Shown piece by piece: positions 40,560-54,244 of a stretch of DNA of 64,000 bases; position 1 is the stretch's first letter; each line of letters starts with the position of its first letter. Source of the DNA: Vicugna vicugna (lineage: Eukaryota); assembly GCA_013265495.1 (NCBI GenBank), contig MU057981.1, forward strand, positions 62,001-126,000, read 5' to 3'. The notes below the pieces were generated by a model, which saw only the letters and a list, made by a program, of their open reading frames with translations, ran no database searches and was not told the origin of the DNA. The position numbers and the translations under genes were made by a program.

Positions 40560-40860
40560 AAACAAGGTAGGCATGGCCATGTAATTGCTCTGATCAATGA
40601 CATGTGAACAGAACTGGCAATGTCACTTCTGGGCATAAATATTTAAGAACTTGTTTTCAGTTCTACACTCTCATTAGTTTCCGTGATGATCCAGGAAGCA
40701 TGTGTTGATTGGAAGTACCATAAGATCAAAGTAGCTCAGAATACTGAACCAGGACATAGAGTACAGTTGCCCTGGAAAGCTACCCAGTAGAATTTATATG
40801 AGCAAGATATGAACATTTGGGGTAGTAAGCCACTGATCTTCTTGTAGCATAGTATAGCCT
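40560..40860 (+). mobile_element. MLT1-like (MaLR) LTR fragment
   Basis: ggccatgtaattgctctgatcaatgacatgtgaacagaa...tgtcacttctgggc...taagccactga is typical of MLT1. Confidence 0.55.
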
Positions 40861-41070
40861 AGTGATTCTCTACCAGGAGTGATTTTGACACACAGAAGAT
40901 ATCGGACAGTGTCTAGAGACAGTTTAAATTGCCACAGCTTGGGAGAGGGTTAAAATTGACATGTAATGGGCAAAGGCCAGGGATGCTGCCAAACCTTGTA
41001 CATTGCACAGTACAGACTCCACAACAAAGAATTATTGTGTCCAAATAGTGCGGAGACTGAGAAACCCTAA
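40860..41070. mobile_element. MER20-like hAT DNA transposon relic
   Basis: gtctagagacagtttaaattgccaca...ggccagggatgctgccaaac...cacaacaaagaattat...gactgagaaaccct. Confidence 0.7.
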
Positions 41071-41775
41071 CATAGCCGATTCTAATCATGTTACTGCTTC
41101 ACAGTAAGCATGAGAGTGCATGGAGCAGTTACAATAAGCTCACCTGTGATAATCTGTCACACTAGAATAAAACTGTACCTTAAGCTACACATCCCCTTTT
41201 TCTCCTCTAAGTGGCAACCAAGTGCAGCTTATCCACATAATTTCCACAAAAGTTTGTATCATAAATCATTCTTCATCTCTACCCAGAAAATTCCTACATA
41301 TGTACTTTCCTTTCAGAATCTTCTGAATTTGTTTTTAAAAACACTCTATTAAGACCTTGCACAAATGCAAATTACCAGTCACTAGTACAAACATACTAGG
41401 TTAAGCGAAGTTGGAAGCCATTGGAGACAGACACATTTTCTTCTTGTGACTGACTTCAATTGTAATTAGGCATGTAAACCATCTGTGCTGGGAAAATTAA
41501 TTTTTCAAAGAAACCTAGCCATGCTCTCTGGCACCTGGGGTTTGGTTTGTTCTTGTTTCCATTGTGTCTGAAAAAGCTGCATAACACCTGAGTTGAGGAA
41601 GCCAATGGCTCACTGAAAAATGGAAAGAACCTAGCCACTCTCTGTGAGACCAACCCGAAGGAAGTAGTCTTGATTCAGCACCTATTGAATTAATCTGTAG
41701 GACGGCTGTGAAACTGCTTCTACAGCTTAGAAGAGTTAAAGGTCCAGGATTTTCATGTATCAAGAAAAGGACTTG

Positions 41776-42846
41776 CAGAGAAAGATAAGAGCCACCAGGG
41801 AAAGAATGAGGACACTGGTGCTGAAGACCCATTCAAAGAGAGGTGACGGGGCAGTGGACTCACTTCCCCAGCAACTGCAGGAACTGGAGGCCACTTTTCT
41901 GAGGAAATGATACCCGGACATGTCCATGCATGAAGAAATCGCAGTGTGGACCAACATTACGGAAGCCCGAGTCCAGATTTGGTTCAAGAATTGAGGGGCC
42001 AAATGGAGAAACTGACAGTGCAACCCGAAGTCTAGGGTGTGCAAGAATGGCTTTGGGCCGCAGTTGAACCGGCTTACGCAGCCTTACGACGACATGTCCC
42101 CGGGCTATTCATACAACCCCTGGGCCTCCAAGGGCCTCACGTCGGCCTCCCAGCCCACAAAGAGCTTCCGTTTCTTCAGCTCGATGAACACCCAGCCCCT
42201 GTCATCGCGGGGCACGCTATCCCCGCCCATCTCCATCTCATCCATGAGCATGTCATCCAGCCTAGTGCCCTCAGCAGCGATGGTCTTCCCAGGCTCCAGC
42301 CTCAACAGCCTGAGTAACTTGAACAACCTGAGCAGCCCCGTCGCTGAATTCCGCGGTGCTGATGCCCTCTCTCCTTACGCGCTGTCGACTCCTCTGGACG
42401 TTTATAGGGACACGTGTAACCCAAGCCTGGCCAGCCTGAGACGGAAAGCAAAGCAGCGCTCCAGCTTGGGCCCCGCCAGCATGCAGAGCCTGGTGCTCGC
42501 CAGCACAGCCTGCACCGGCCCCTGGGAGCCGCACCTGCTGCGCCCGGACCCTAGGGCCCCGCAGGAGGGGGCAGACCTACCCTGGAAAGACTAGGGGTTA
42601 CCCTAGAAGGTCGTGCGCGCTAAAGAAAGGGAGAGAAAGAGAAGACAGAAAAGGAAGCCACCGAATTAAAGAAAGCTCTTGATTTCAAAGGAATTTCCAC
42701 AAATTTGACGTCTTTCACTAAAAGTATTTCCACCTGTTGCAAGGACATACGCAAATGTTTGACTGGATATGCCATTTTAACATTACTATAAGCTTGTTAT
42801 TTTTTAAGTTTAGCATCGTTAACATTAAAATGACTGAAAGGCTGTG

Positions 42847-42877
<31 letters not shown>

Positions 42878-43280
42878 CAAAATGTCAAACTAATTTTATA
42901 AAAAAGCAGTTGTTAGTAATATCACAACAGTGTTTTTAGAGTTTAGGGTTTAAAATAAAACATGTTATATAGAAGCAATTAGGATTTTTTGCTTGCGAGC
43001 AAAGGAATGTATATACTAAATGCCACACTGCATGTTTCTAACACACTATTATTATTAAAAAAAAGTGTGAATATCAGTTTTAGAATAGTTTCTCTGGTGA
43101 ATGAAATGGTGTTTCTGAAACTGCTATGCACAACCTATCCTGTGTATATCATTTCGTACAATATTATTGCTTTACTTTTCAGCAAATATGAAAAAATTTG
43201 GTTTATTTCATGGGAGTAAAATATACTACATACAAAAAAAACAAAAACCAAAAACAAACAAACAAAAAAGAAAACCCAAA
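41776..43280 (+). pseudogene. PITX2: 5'-truncated processed copy of PITX2
   Basis: EKDKSHQGKNED, then a decayed homeobox with the intron absent (EARVQIWFKN contiguous), CKNGFGPQ, and OAR-like [17 protein letters not shown]2-like 3' UTR, AGTAAA and A-rich tail follow. TSD aaaaggacttg (41765-41775 / 43281-43291). Confidence 0.95.
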
Positions 43281-43294
43281 AAAAGGACTTGATA

Positions 43295-43505
43295 TGTTTT
43301 TCTGTTAAGAACCAAGTAATAAATACTTTAGATTTTGTGAACTGCACAGATTCTGCTGAAAGTATTCAACTCTGTCATTTTAGTGCAAAAGCAGCCATAG
43401 AAAATTGGTAAACTAATGGCTGTGAATGAGATCCAATACAACTTTATTTACAAAATCTGTGGAGTCTAGATTTGGCCTGAGTGGTCGTTTGCTGACTCGT
43501 GTTCT
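43295..43505. mobile_element. MER58-like DNA transposon relic
   Basis: tttttctgttaagaaccaagtaataaatactttag...ccaatacaactttatttacaaaa...tttgctgactc. Confidence 0.65.
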
Positions 43506-43749
43506 AGAGGATACTACCATCCTAGAGGTGACCATCAGCCTGAACTTCCTGACCTCCCCCAAGTCAAAGCAGAATATGGGAAAATAAATGACCAAATATT
43601 CCTCTGGTTTCCGTTATGTGCCAGGAACTGTGCCAGGGGTGCTACTAACCATCCTGCAGTGCAGGCACAGGGCTCTGTGACAAAGACTTAGCTGGGTCAT
43701 GATGTCAGTGTTGCTGAGGATGAGCCCCTCCCTACTCCTTGCTGGAGAA

Positions 43750-43905
43750 TATGGTCCCAAACCTGGCAGTGTCAGTGTCAACTGAATGTGTGTTAGAAAT
43801 GGAGACTCTCAGGCTCCACCCAAGACCTCCTGAATTAGCACCTGCATTTTAACAAGCCCCATAGATGAATGTCTATACACATTGAAGTTTGATGCACACT
43901 GGTCC
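43750..43905. mobile_element. MER5-like relic
   Basis: tgttagaaatggagactctcaggctccacccaagacctcctgaattag...gcattttaacaagcccc. Confidence 0.7.
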
Positions 43906-46900
43906 AGCCCAGCATAAGTAAAACAAACCCCTTAAAGACAGGCACATTAGGAAAATTAGCATTGGAATGGTTAAAAACCTGCTCACCTGGTTAAGATTTG
44001 AGAAAGAACTTGAAGCCGTCTTTCTAATTCAGAAGATACACTCTGTCTGCTGTACCAAATTACCTCTGTGATCAATATCTAAACAAAAAGTCTTTTAATC
44101 ACTGAAATTTTCACTAGAGTTAAAATAGTATACACCTGAGATTTCATGCATAATTTTATATATGTATTCAATAACTTTACATATATTAATGGACACCTAC
44201 CGTATGTGCCATTTTCTATTCCAGTAACAATAAATGGTAGATCTTGTTCTCACTGGGAAAATACCCTTGATATTTCAGAAATCAATGATCATTATTTGTA
44301 TAATGACTGACTATATAATCTTAAGTGCTGCCCATTACAAAGAAGTGGAAAAATCAAAGTTAGAGTCAGATAGATTCAAATTCAAATCCTAACATAGTGG
44401 TAATGATCAATGCATTTAACTCCTCTGGGTTGGGGCTACTCATCATAGACTATTATTTTAAAGACCCAATTAGAGAATAGTGATCAGATATCTCTTTCTG
44501 AATGTCCTCATGTGGACTGAATTGCCTGCTCCTGGAGGAAAATAATGATTTAAAAGACTCAACTCATAGTAAAGGAGCAACTTCTCCCCAAGAGTTTAAT
44601 TTTAAAAGATAATGCTCTACCTGTCCCCTCCCCTAACCAGCCCTGCCCAAGGGAAAGTACAATGGGGAACCCTTATGTCTAAGGGATGACTTTGTCATGC
44701 AAAACGTTTTTTGAAATCACCATTTACCTTACAGCAGTGCTTGACACACTGAGACGCAGTTCACAATGACACAAGATACATTCTGGAGAACAGGCATTAG
44801 TGGGAACTTTTATAAAGCTAGCATTAACAAAAAGAAGAGGCAAATCACTTCTTGTATCTCTGTATAGCTGGGGAGATAAATTCTAGAACCAGGGTATTCT
44901 GTTGCTCATGCTGTGGGTTGTTTCAGGAAGGGGAGAAATTTTGCTTCTATGTAGCTCTGTTCTCATGGAACAAATCTGAAGGCAACTTTGCCAGTGAAGA
45001 AAAAACCGGGGTACTTGGACACCAGCAGTCTGTGTTTAGATGCCAGCTTTTTGCAAGAACTGTATAGTAAAGCCAAATTCAGGAGACCCTTAGGCCTGGA
45101 GAATATTGAAGCTTCAGCCAGAGCAAGTGATTGGTCTTATGAAAAGTTCAGTACAAGTGTGGCCCCCTCCAGCCAGATGTGTGGGGGTGTTCAGACCCCT
45201 GATACCTCATTGCCTAGGATCTCCAAGTTAGTTACCAGAGGTAATTTAGAGAATTAAATTTGTTGCATCACAGACATAGTTTCAAGCATCAGATGCATGG
45301 CATCTGAGCCAATGTTGTACAAGATACCTTCAAAAATCTTACACCACCACCGAATAAGCAAGTATTTCTTTCACTGCCACACACAGCCTTCAGGCTGTCT
45401 GTGTACAAGAGGCTGTAATCTGAACAAGGGCAACTTATGAGCCCACTCAGTTACTACTGTTCACTTTAGAAAAATACAGTGAGGGAGTGTTTATTTACTT
45501 ATTCATTCACTTATAAACCAAATATCTTCCCAAATATTTACAATGCCATGCATGGAAATAGCCACTGGGGATACAAAGGTAGACAAAACATCTCTGATTA
45601 TGAAGTAAAAAAGTTTAACATGCATGGCATATATATCTGGAGGTCAAACTGAACATGAATTAAAGTATTGTTTGAAAATCAGTAGACCTTAGACCCCATC
45701 AAAGAACATAAGCATTAGTATATATTAAAATTTTATAGCATATTTGGCTGTTTAAATTAAGTTTCAGTGGTATATGGTGGCCCTAAAACTAGATAGAACA
45801 GCATATACCTATTTAGCGCTCTTTCTATCCATCTCTTCAAGGAATGTGTAATACATTTTATTAAATCAGTCCTAAATATCTTGATTACTGATTATGTTTT
45901 CAGTAATGCCATATTTTGAGTTAGTTTTCAGTTTTATATTACCAGAATTCTACTAATATAAGATAATATAAGACTTTCTGGTAGAATAAATGGTATCATT
46001 TCTTAAGGGTCAACAATTAATTCAGTTGCCCAGTAAACAAAACGATTACCAGTTGTCCCGTTCTGTTTTTAGAGACCTCATTGGAAGTCCTTCAGCTCTA
46101 CATTATGGTCAGCCTGTGGACTGAGGCCATATATTCCATATGGAACAGCAGGCGACATTCAGCTCCATTGAAATCAGAACCCATATAGTTCAGGCTCAAA
46201 GTACTTCTTTGGTTGAAAAAAAATAGTCCATTGATTAAAACATAAGTTTGAAAACAATATAATTCTTTGCACATGTTACTGAAACATAGTGAAGGGGATA
46301 TGCAGTCCTCATTTGAAAATCTCATTCTTTTTGCATTTATTTCTTTTACTCCTGGTGCCTCTTTCTTCATGACTTCCCCCCACCCCCCAAAAAATAGTCC
46401 TAATTAGCTCTAGGCCATGTACATCTTAACTTTATATTGGTCTCTCTCTCTCTTTTTTACTACTCTACTATAATTTTATTTCCCTTCCCCTACTTTCTCA
46501 ATGTTTTGTACCTCTGTTTAAAAGGAAAATGAAAGATACAGTTAGCAATGATAGAAAATGACTGGATGGGAGTCGGGGTAGGTGGAAGGATAAAGGAGGC
46601 AAATTTGAGCCTAGTCTGGATGTCAGAGGAAGAAAGACGGGGGCCACTCATGGATACTACTGGTCCACAATAGAACATGTATTTTTAAAGGCTTTTAGAA
46701 ATGTTTGCATTTGACGAAGGATTTTAGAAATAGCATTGGACAAATGTTTGATAGCATTTAAAATTTACAGGTGTGGCTGAATGACTAATAAAACTCTGTA
46801 AATTTTTCTCAGTTCACTGCTGGTTGGTTTGAAATTTTTCCAGTTCATATTAAATGATTGTTGCTCTGACTTTTGCTATCATCAGACTTTCTACCACCCA

Positions 46901-49762
46901 AGCTTCAGGGTACTTATTTAGATGAGGGGGAAAACCTTGCAAAATGGATCAAGGAATAACTACACAACAGGTTTGCCTTGAGCGACAATGCAGAAATTGT
47001 CTGGTCACCAGGGCAGGCTACACTGAATCAGCCTCAGAGGGTCATCATTCCTAAAACCTGGCAAACTGGTTACCTACTATGTTCATTCTCCAGCATATAA
47101 CAGCATTGCAGTGGCCTAGGACTATCGTGATTTCATTGACCAGGTGGTAGTTTATCACTGGGAGATGTTTGTATTTAGCTGTAAAATCTTTGTGAAGCTT
47201 AGTACACAGCTCTTCCAGAAGACATACACACACAGAGACATACTTTCTGGGTTCAGAAGATTGTCCAGGCTCAGGTCCATATTCTACCAAGACTGACCTC
47301 TTTTTCCTTCCTATGCCTCCTGATACTTAGTCTTGATAAAGATCCTCCCTCTTTCAATCCAGAATCTACCATATTATTTTGTGTTGGGCTGTATAACACT
47401 TCTTGCTCAGGAAAACACCATATTTCTGTTGTATGAAATGTCCTGCATACATATCTGTCACTCTTACCCTAAATTCTCAATATTAATCCATCTTTGAATT
47501 ATTGGGGATTATCTCAATTTCTTGGGCAACAGTAGGTACTTTATAAATACTGATTGAACTGAGCAGAACTGAATTACAAAGAAGAGTCCATGGACACTTT
47601 TTCTTCCATACTGGCTAATAAAAAATAGGAATAGATTTTTAGTATTCTTCCTAATAATTTGTAGACTTTGTGGAGGAGCAGGTACATATGTAATAGACTA
47701 TAATCAAAGTGACAAGCACTGAAATACAGATTTGAAACTATAAACCATGTTCACTGCGCTGAGAATAGAGAATGATTCACATTGGGAAGCAGATGTAAGA
47801 ATGTTTTATGATGAAAAGGACATTTGCAACGGGCCTTGAAGCCCCAGCTGACCTTTGTCAGGCTGAGAGGGTGGGTGGTGGAGGTGGGATGTGTGGGAAG
47901 AGAGTGTTTGAGAGAGGAGGTGGTTTGAGGGGCATGAACACATTAATGAACATGCTGTGAGGAGATAGTAACAATCTCAGAGTGCTTCTGTTTGAATTGA
48001 ATAAGATGATGCACCCTGAATGATTCACAGCAACTGGGGCAGAAGAGGGGTTGGGAATTGTTGAATGAGTCTATGTGTTAAATCACAAGTTTTGCTTTCT
48101 CATATCCTCCTCTCTATCCTGGTGGTAATTTTTCAGTATTTAATGAAGGACCACTGATGTTCCCTATATACCCAGCTTTTAAAACCCTGTCAAGTTGAAT
48201 CCTCTTAAAACCAGAAAATGTGTGGCAAATCACAAAGGCTACTCTTAAATAATACAGGGTTTGAAGCATGGGGCTGAATTGGAATATAACTCCTTGTTAA
48301 AAACTAGAGCATTGGAATATCTGGGATTTCAGCAAAAAGGAAGAGTCTGTCTTGTAGGCAAAAATAGATTTAACAATAAGACAGATTTGGGGAGAAAACT
48401 TTTATTAGGAAGTATAAGTTGACCCTAAAGAAGTGTTTTTTTTTTTCAGGCTAGATACTTAAATTGCATTATTCAAATGTCTCTAATAAGAGAAAATTTA
48501 TTTTAGTCTTTAGCTTCTTAACCTTTGAATTTTAAGGGGTAAAGCACAGTGAAGTTTAGAGACAGAGCATTTTTGTTCAGGTGTTTCATTTACCATATGC
48601 TGTCCCCGTGTATGTCTCAGTCTTACTGAGGTAACTGAATCCTCAGTGAAGAGAGAGACCTTCGTATATTTCTCTCTGATCCTTACCATCTAAACTTATG
48701 CATCAGAATGAAAAGATTACGCAGCTAGTGGCATCACTCAGCTCTCTTAATTCTGATGCCTTTAAAGGCCCAGGGTACATGCTGTAATAGAGTTCATCTC
48801 TTTTCAGTCAGTTTACATAATTCTACTCAGTGTCCTTGGAAAATAAAGTGCCCTTTTTATGTGGATTTAAATGTGCACTCAGAATAGAAAATTGCATGTG
48901 TGTTCTGTGGGAATAAATACCGTCCTGCAGTTTAGTGCATTTTTGTTACTCTTCTCCCCACGTAAGTACAAACATTCATTCGATTTTAAAAATGTCCCTC
49001 CATAAATGGCTTTTTTACCTGTAGTGTAGACACAGGCAAGAACTGAATAAAAAGATTTCTCCACAAAACATTGTTTATTCATATTGTTTATGAGGCAGTA
49101 AGGTGTACAGCTAGTTTGTTGTTGTTGTTGTTGTTGTTAACCAAGCTGACTTACGAGAATTTTCTTTTTATTCCAGCTCCATGAACCTCATGGAAATACT
49201 TCACTTGGTGCACAGAAAAATTCTGGTTTCATACTTGAAAGAATTTTATCAAATATTTATAAACAAATACGGTTATTCTTGCTGTAAGTGCACAGATCAT
49301 TAACACACACGCACACACTTTTACTCCTCACACATCCTGATCTAGCATCAAAAGCTATTTCACATGAATTATCCCAGAGGACATCTGTTTGTGCAATAAC
49401 CTTTGCACAAGCTCCTTTCAAATTAATGATAAATATATACTTTATAGCAACAGGCATACCCCCCAAAATAAAATAAAATAGAATTAAATTAAATTAAGTT
49501 AAATTAATAAGTGTATACCTGTCAGGTATTTTCTAATTAACCACCTCGATATAGTCACCTGGTTAAAAATTAGTTGATGAGAGGGCAAGGCCATTCCAAG
49601 TTTATGCATGAGTGAAACCTAACAAATTCAATTGTTGATGAAATGAATGGTTGATAATATGAGAAAACAGTGATGTTTGAATAAGACTAAAGACATCAAA
49701 AATGCTTGAATATGTGTACATATAGCTTATGTTATTGCCACCTACTCACATCCTCTAGGTCA

Positions 49763-49945
49763 TCAGTTCTTCAAATCCAGTCTCAAGACCCCAGGCTCGG
49801 CATCAGGTAGGAATTTATGAAAATGCAAGTCCTCGGACTCCACCAGAGACCTACTGAATAAGAAGCTCTGGGTGCAGGCCCCGCCGTCTACTGTGGTTCC
49901 CTCATGTAGCTCTGAGGTGCTCTAACATCTGAGAGCCACTGCTTT
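49763..49945. mobile_element. MER5A-like relic
   Basis: gaaaatgcaagtcctcggactccaccagagacctactgaatagaagctctggg...tgagagccactg. Confidence 0.65.
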
Positions 49946-50098
49946 AGCCCATAGAGAGCACTGAATAGAGCTCCCATACAAAGCAGTCATTCAGAGGACT
50001 TTCTGTGATCACCTCTTTGACAATTACTTGAACCCAAATCCCTGCTTAGTGCCTGTTTTTGGGGCAACCCAAATTAAGACAATGAGCTTACATTATGT

Positions 50099-50099
50099 C

Positions 50100-50135
<36 letters not shown>
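50099..50135. repeat. (CA)n microsatellite
   Basis: Directly visible. Confidence 0.9.
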
Positions 50136-50138
<3 letters not shown>

Positions 50139-51559
50139 TAGTCCTAACAACATGGTCTCACAGCAGACATTACTTTGAATTAAAATATATTTTCACATTT
50201 GTTTTCCTTATTTGAATAAAGAGTGAGTCTTTTAAGGGCAGAGGATAGCAGGTGTAATATTTTTTAAAATATCTGCTGGGCCTAGGGAAGTGTCTGGCAA
50301 ACAGTAGTTGTTCAAGGACTGTTTGTGAAATAAATGTATAAATGGATGAAGTTGATGATTTTAAAAATATTTGTATTAATATTGATGATAAGAAGTATAT
50401 CAAAAGTTATAGCTGAATCAAGAAATGCTTAGAGTTGCTGGCACACAGCTGTGAAGCCCCAAGTTAGTTACGCACAGCCTAATAAGAAACATATATAATC
50501 ATAGTGCCATTTAAGATTATGTAAACTGTTTCTGAGAATTGACAGTGAACTGTGTGTGTAGAAGGACACGTGTCATCTGGTTTCAAGTTATTTATTGCTG
50601 TGTTTGAAAGCTAATGATTTGTATTCATATTGGAACATTTGTTGCTACAAACATAAATGTTTGAAGTATCTAAAAAGTTATTTTTCACATAAGAACTGAG
50701 ATTTCAAGGTTAGAATACTTTATTCCCATAGAGAGAAGACATAAATGAAAATGTTACCAAACTTCCAGTCTGGATGAAGGTCATGACAACATTACTGTGT
50801 AAAATAAAGAAAAAAAAAAGTATTTTGTCTAAATGGAACTGTCCCCATTGTGAGAAGCTATTTATTTCTGCCATACAGTCTATGTGGCAGAAATCTCCAC
50901 TTGCTGCCTACTAGTTTTTAATTTTATAACTTTAAATCGGTATAGTAATTTATAGCTTGTGTCCACAATATCTCTCAGAAAGACATATATTAAGAAGAAA
51001 ATTATTATTATCTGTATTTCTTCCCTTGCATCAATTTTCCCTTGGTTATTGTAAGCATCAAAGGGAAATACGTGGGCAGTATAATTGACATACTTAATAC
51101 TTTCCAGCAATACTGTATATTGTATTTGAAATAGACCAGGGAACTTATGAAGCAATTGCTTGCAGAGCTCCACCAAATATATTTTTAAGTATACAAAATA
51201 AATTGAAACAATTCTTTCTAATGAAGCTTGGGAAGGCACAAGTTTCACTTATTCCAAAGATAATATCCTAGACCATGATCTAGAGTTCTTTCATGAAGAA
51301 TAAAGAAGCCAACAAAATTCCCTATTTGGTTTGGATTAAATTAATTCCCCACTGTTTTCTCTGTCTCCAGCTCTTTTGCACCTTTGCACCATCTTCCATC
51401 CTTCTCTTCTTTTTTCTTTTTACTTGTCTTCCTTACACCCTAGTTAGAATAAATGTCTGTTTACTGCATGGAATCCCCTTCATTGTCATTCCACCAGCAG
51501 AGCAGTTTCCATCTTATCCTAGATCCTGGAAATGACCTTGCCCTTGTTTAAAGAACCAT

Positions 51560-51760
51560 GGGGGACTTATTATGAGAGTACAGCTTTAACATTCTCACCA
51601 TAACAACAACAGCAAACTGGTAATTATGTGAGGTAAAGAAAGTGTTACCTAACCTTGCTGTGTTAAAAATTTCTCAATACAAACATATATCAAATTATCA
51701 CACTGTACACATTGAACTTGCAATGTTATATATGTTATATCCCTATAAAGCTTGAAAAAA
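51560..51760 (+). mobile_element. Short L1 3' UTR fragment
   Basis: ttctcaccat...gtaattatgtgagg...ctgtacacattgaacttgcaatgttatat...aaagcttgaaaaaa. Confidence 0.7.
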
Positions 51761-54244
51761 GTTATACTTTTAAAAACAAACAAAAGCTGTGGAATTCCAA
51801 TCTTCCATTTCCTTTTTGGTGATTCTTCTAACCAAGATTAGAATATCCAGATTATATTTATTTTCTGTGATAATCATAGCATATGATTCTATGTTACTTC
51901 AGAAATACTAAATAACAAAGAAAATCTCATAACTTCAGGATGAAAGCTGAATCCCTTCAGTAACAGGATTGTTAGGCAGAGATTTTTGCAAAGCAAGAAA
52001 AAAGGCAAGTAGCAATTTTCTTAACTTCTCATTTGCTGGCACAGTTTTTTTTTTTTTTAATTGGAGAGTATCAAGTATCTAGAATTCTTTGGCTTATCAA
52101 CTGGAGGGTTATGTTTTTCCAATTTTGCACTTGCTATAAAAGATCATATTTTGAGCTCAAAACTGAGCTGTTAAGTTTTGGGGTGATGCATACTCTGAAT
52201 TATTCATTTTTCCTTCAACGCAGAACCACTGAGGAAAACTATACCAAAAGATTGCAGTTAAAAAAGACAAAACTTATCTTCCCCTGGAAAAGAAACAATG
52301 TGGGAAAAACATTTCCCCTTTGGTGGAGTTACTGCAAGTTAAATGCAAAAATCTCCACATGCAGTTGGTGATGTTTTTTGCCAGAAAAAAAAAAAAAAAA
52401 AAGGAAAACTATCAAGTCACTCAATTGAGTAAAAGAACAAACACGACAATAAAATAAGTGGCAGACTTACTAAGCACTTTTGGAATCTGGAGGTTAGAAA
52501 TGTTACAGGTGAATATCCAAATGGTAAGAAAATAAATCTCAGGAGACTGGCAGATGAGTCAATAAAGTAGCAGAGGATGAATCAATGATTAACAATTTAA
52601 TCATCAGTTAATGGACCTTCTGATTAAGAGTCACAATTTCTTTAAGTAATGTAACAGACATGTCAAATTCAAAGCAGTGGGGATAGATATCAGAATCAGA
52701 GTAAAAGTGTGTCCACTAGCTGCAAAGAAACAGCGAGATGTTGCATTGTGAAAGGGCTTGGACTACAAAGGGATTTCTATAATAATTGTTCATAGTATGA
52801 AATAATTTTTGTTGTTGTTTCATTTGTTTGTTTCATTTTCTTTGAACTCTTCTTCTGGTGGAGACATTGATAGAAAACAAAGTTTGGACTTAAGCTCTTT
52901 GCTAAAAAAGGGGCTTTATGGCTTTATTGTTTTTTAGTTAAAAAAAAAGTTTGTGAGTGTGATCAGTCTCTGGAGGAACTGGAAAGGGCAGCTATAAAAT
53001 AACTTTATTCAGTTTATATCTAAAAGAAAATTAGTGGAAACTTCTGAATAACTTATTAGGGAATGAGTAGATATTACTGTGCTTTAGTTAATCTGATCTT
53101 GAATAAATGTGCAAATTTCATTAGCATTTTGGACATTTTCAAAATTTCTTAAAAACCATGTATACAATTATTACGCTTTAAGAAATTACGGTCTCCAGCA
53201 ACTAAGAGCTCTCTGGACCCCAAAGAACAATTGATAAATAACTATATTTGCAACAACTATGAAGCCCAACAAAAATCAACCTTAATTAGGTTTTTATGGA
53301 ATTCCAGAATACAATTTATTTTCTGAGTAAACAGAGCACATTTTCATATATTTGGCAGTTTATTATTCTAGTTACCTTTTAGTTTTTCAATTTTATTTTA
53401 TTAAGCTATGGTATTTTTATCCTCCAAAACAATCACTTCCTTTCCTAAGGTACATCCCCAGAAGCAATTACTACTTTCATTTTGACTCATTAATCTCTTC
53501 CCCTTCCTCTTTGCTCCCAAGTGGAGGAGGACTCCCACCCCCTCATACAGCATAATACAAATATCACAATACATTTCTGTTGATTTCTTCACCATATTTT
53601 TAAATTAAAATAATAGACTTTCTTTTCAGAGACTTTAGCAAAATATAATGTAAAGTATAGAGATTTCCCATATAATCATTGTCCCCCTCACATGTGTATC
53701 TTCTCCCATTATCAACATTCCCCGCCATAGTGGTGTATTTGTTGCAATTGATAAATCTACATTGATGCATCATTATCACTCAATATCCATAGTTTACATT
53801 AGGGGTCACTCTTGGTGTAGTACATGCTATGAATTTGAACAAATATATATTGACAAGTATCCATTATTGCATTATTATAAAAAGTAGTTTGATGGCTCTA
53901 AAAATTCTCTATGGTCCACCTACTCTTCCCTCTACTCCCCATAAGTCATGGTAACCACTCATCTTTTTTGTTGTCTCCATATTTTTGCCTTTTTCAGAGT
54001 ATCATGTAATTAAAATCATACAGTTTGTAGCTTTTTCTGATTGATTTATTTCACTTAGTACTATGCACTGAAGTTTCCTCCATAACATTACATGGCTTGA
54101 TAGCTTTTTTAAAGTGCTGAATGATATTCCATTGTTTGGATTTACCAGTTTTCCCATTCTCATAGTGAAGGCTATTTTTGTCACTTTGAAGTCTGGCAGT
54201 TATGAATAAAGCTGATAGAAACATATATATGCAAGATCATTCAG

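Noticed and set aside
46070..46200. Possible exon after a tttttag acceptor
   Set aside because: All three frames hit stops and there is no recognisable homology.
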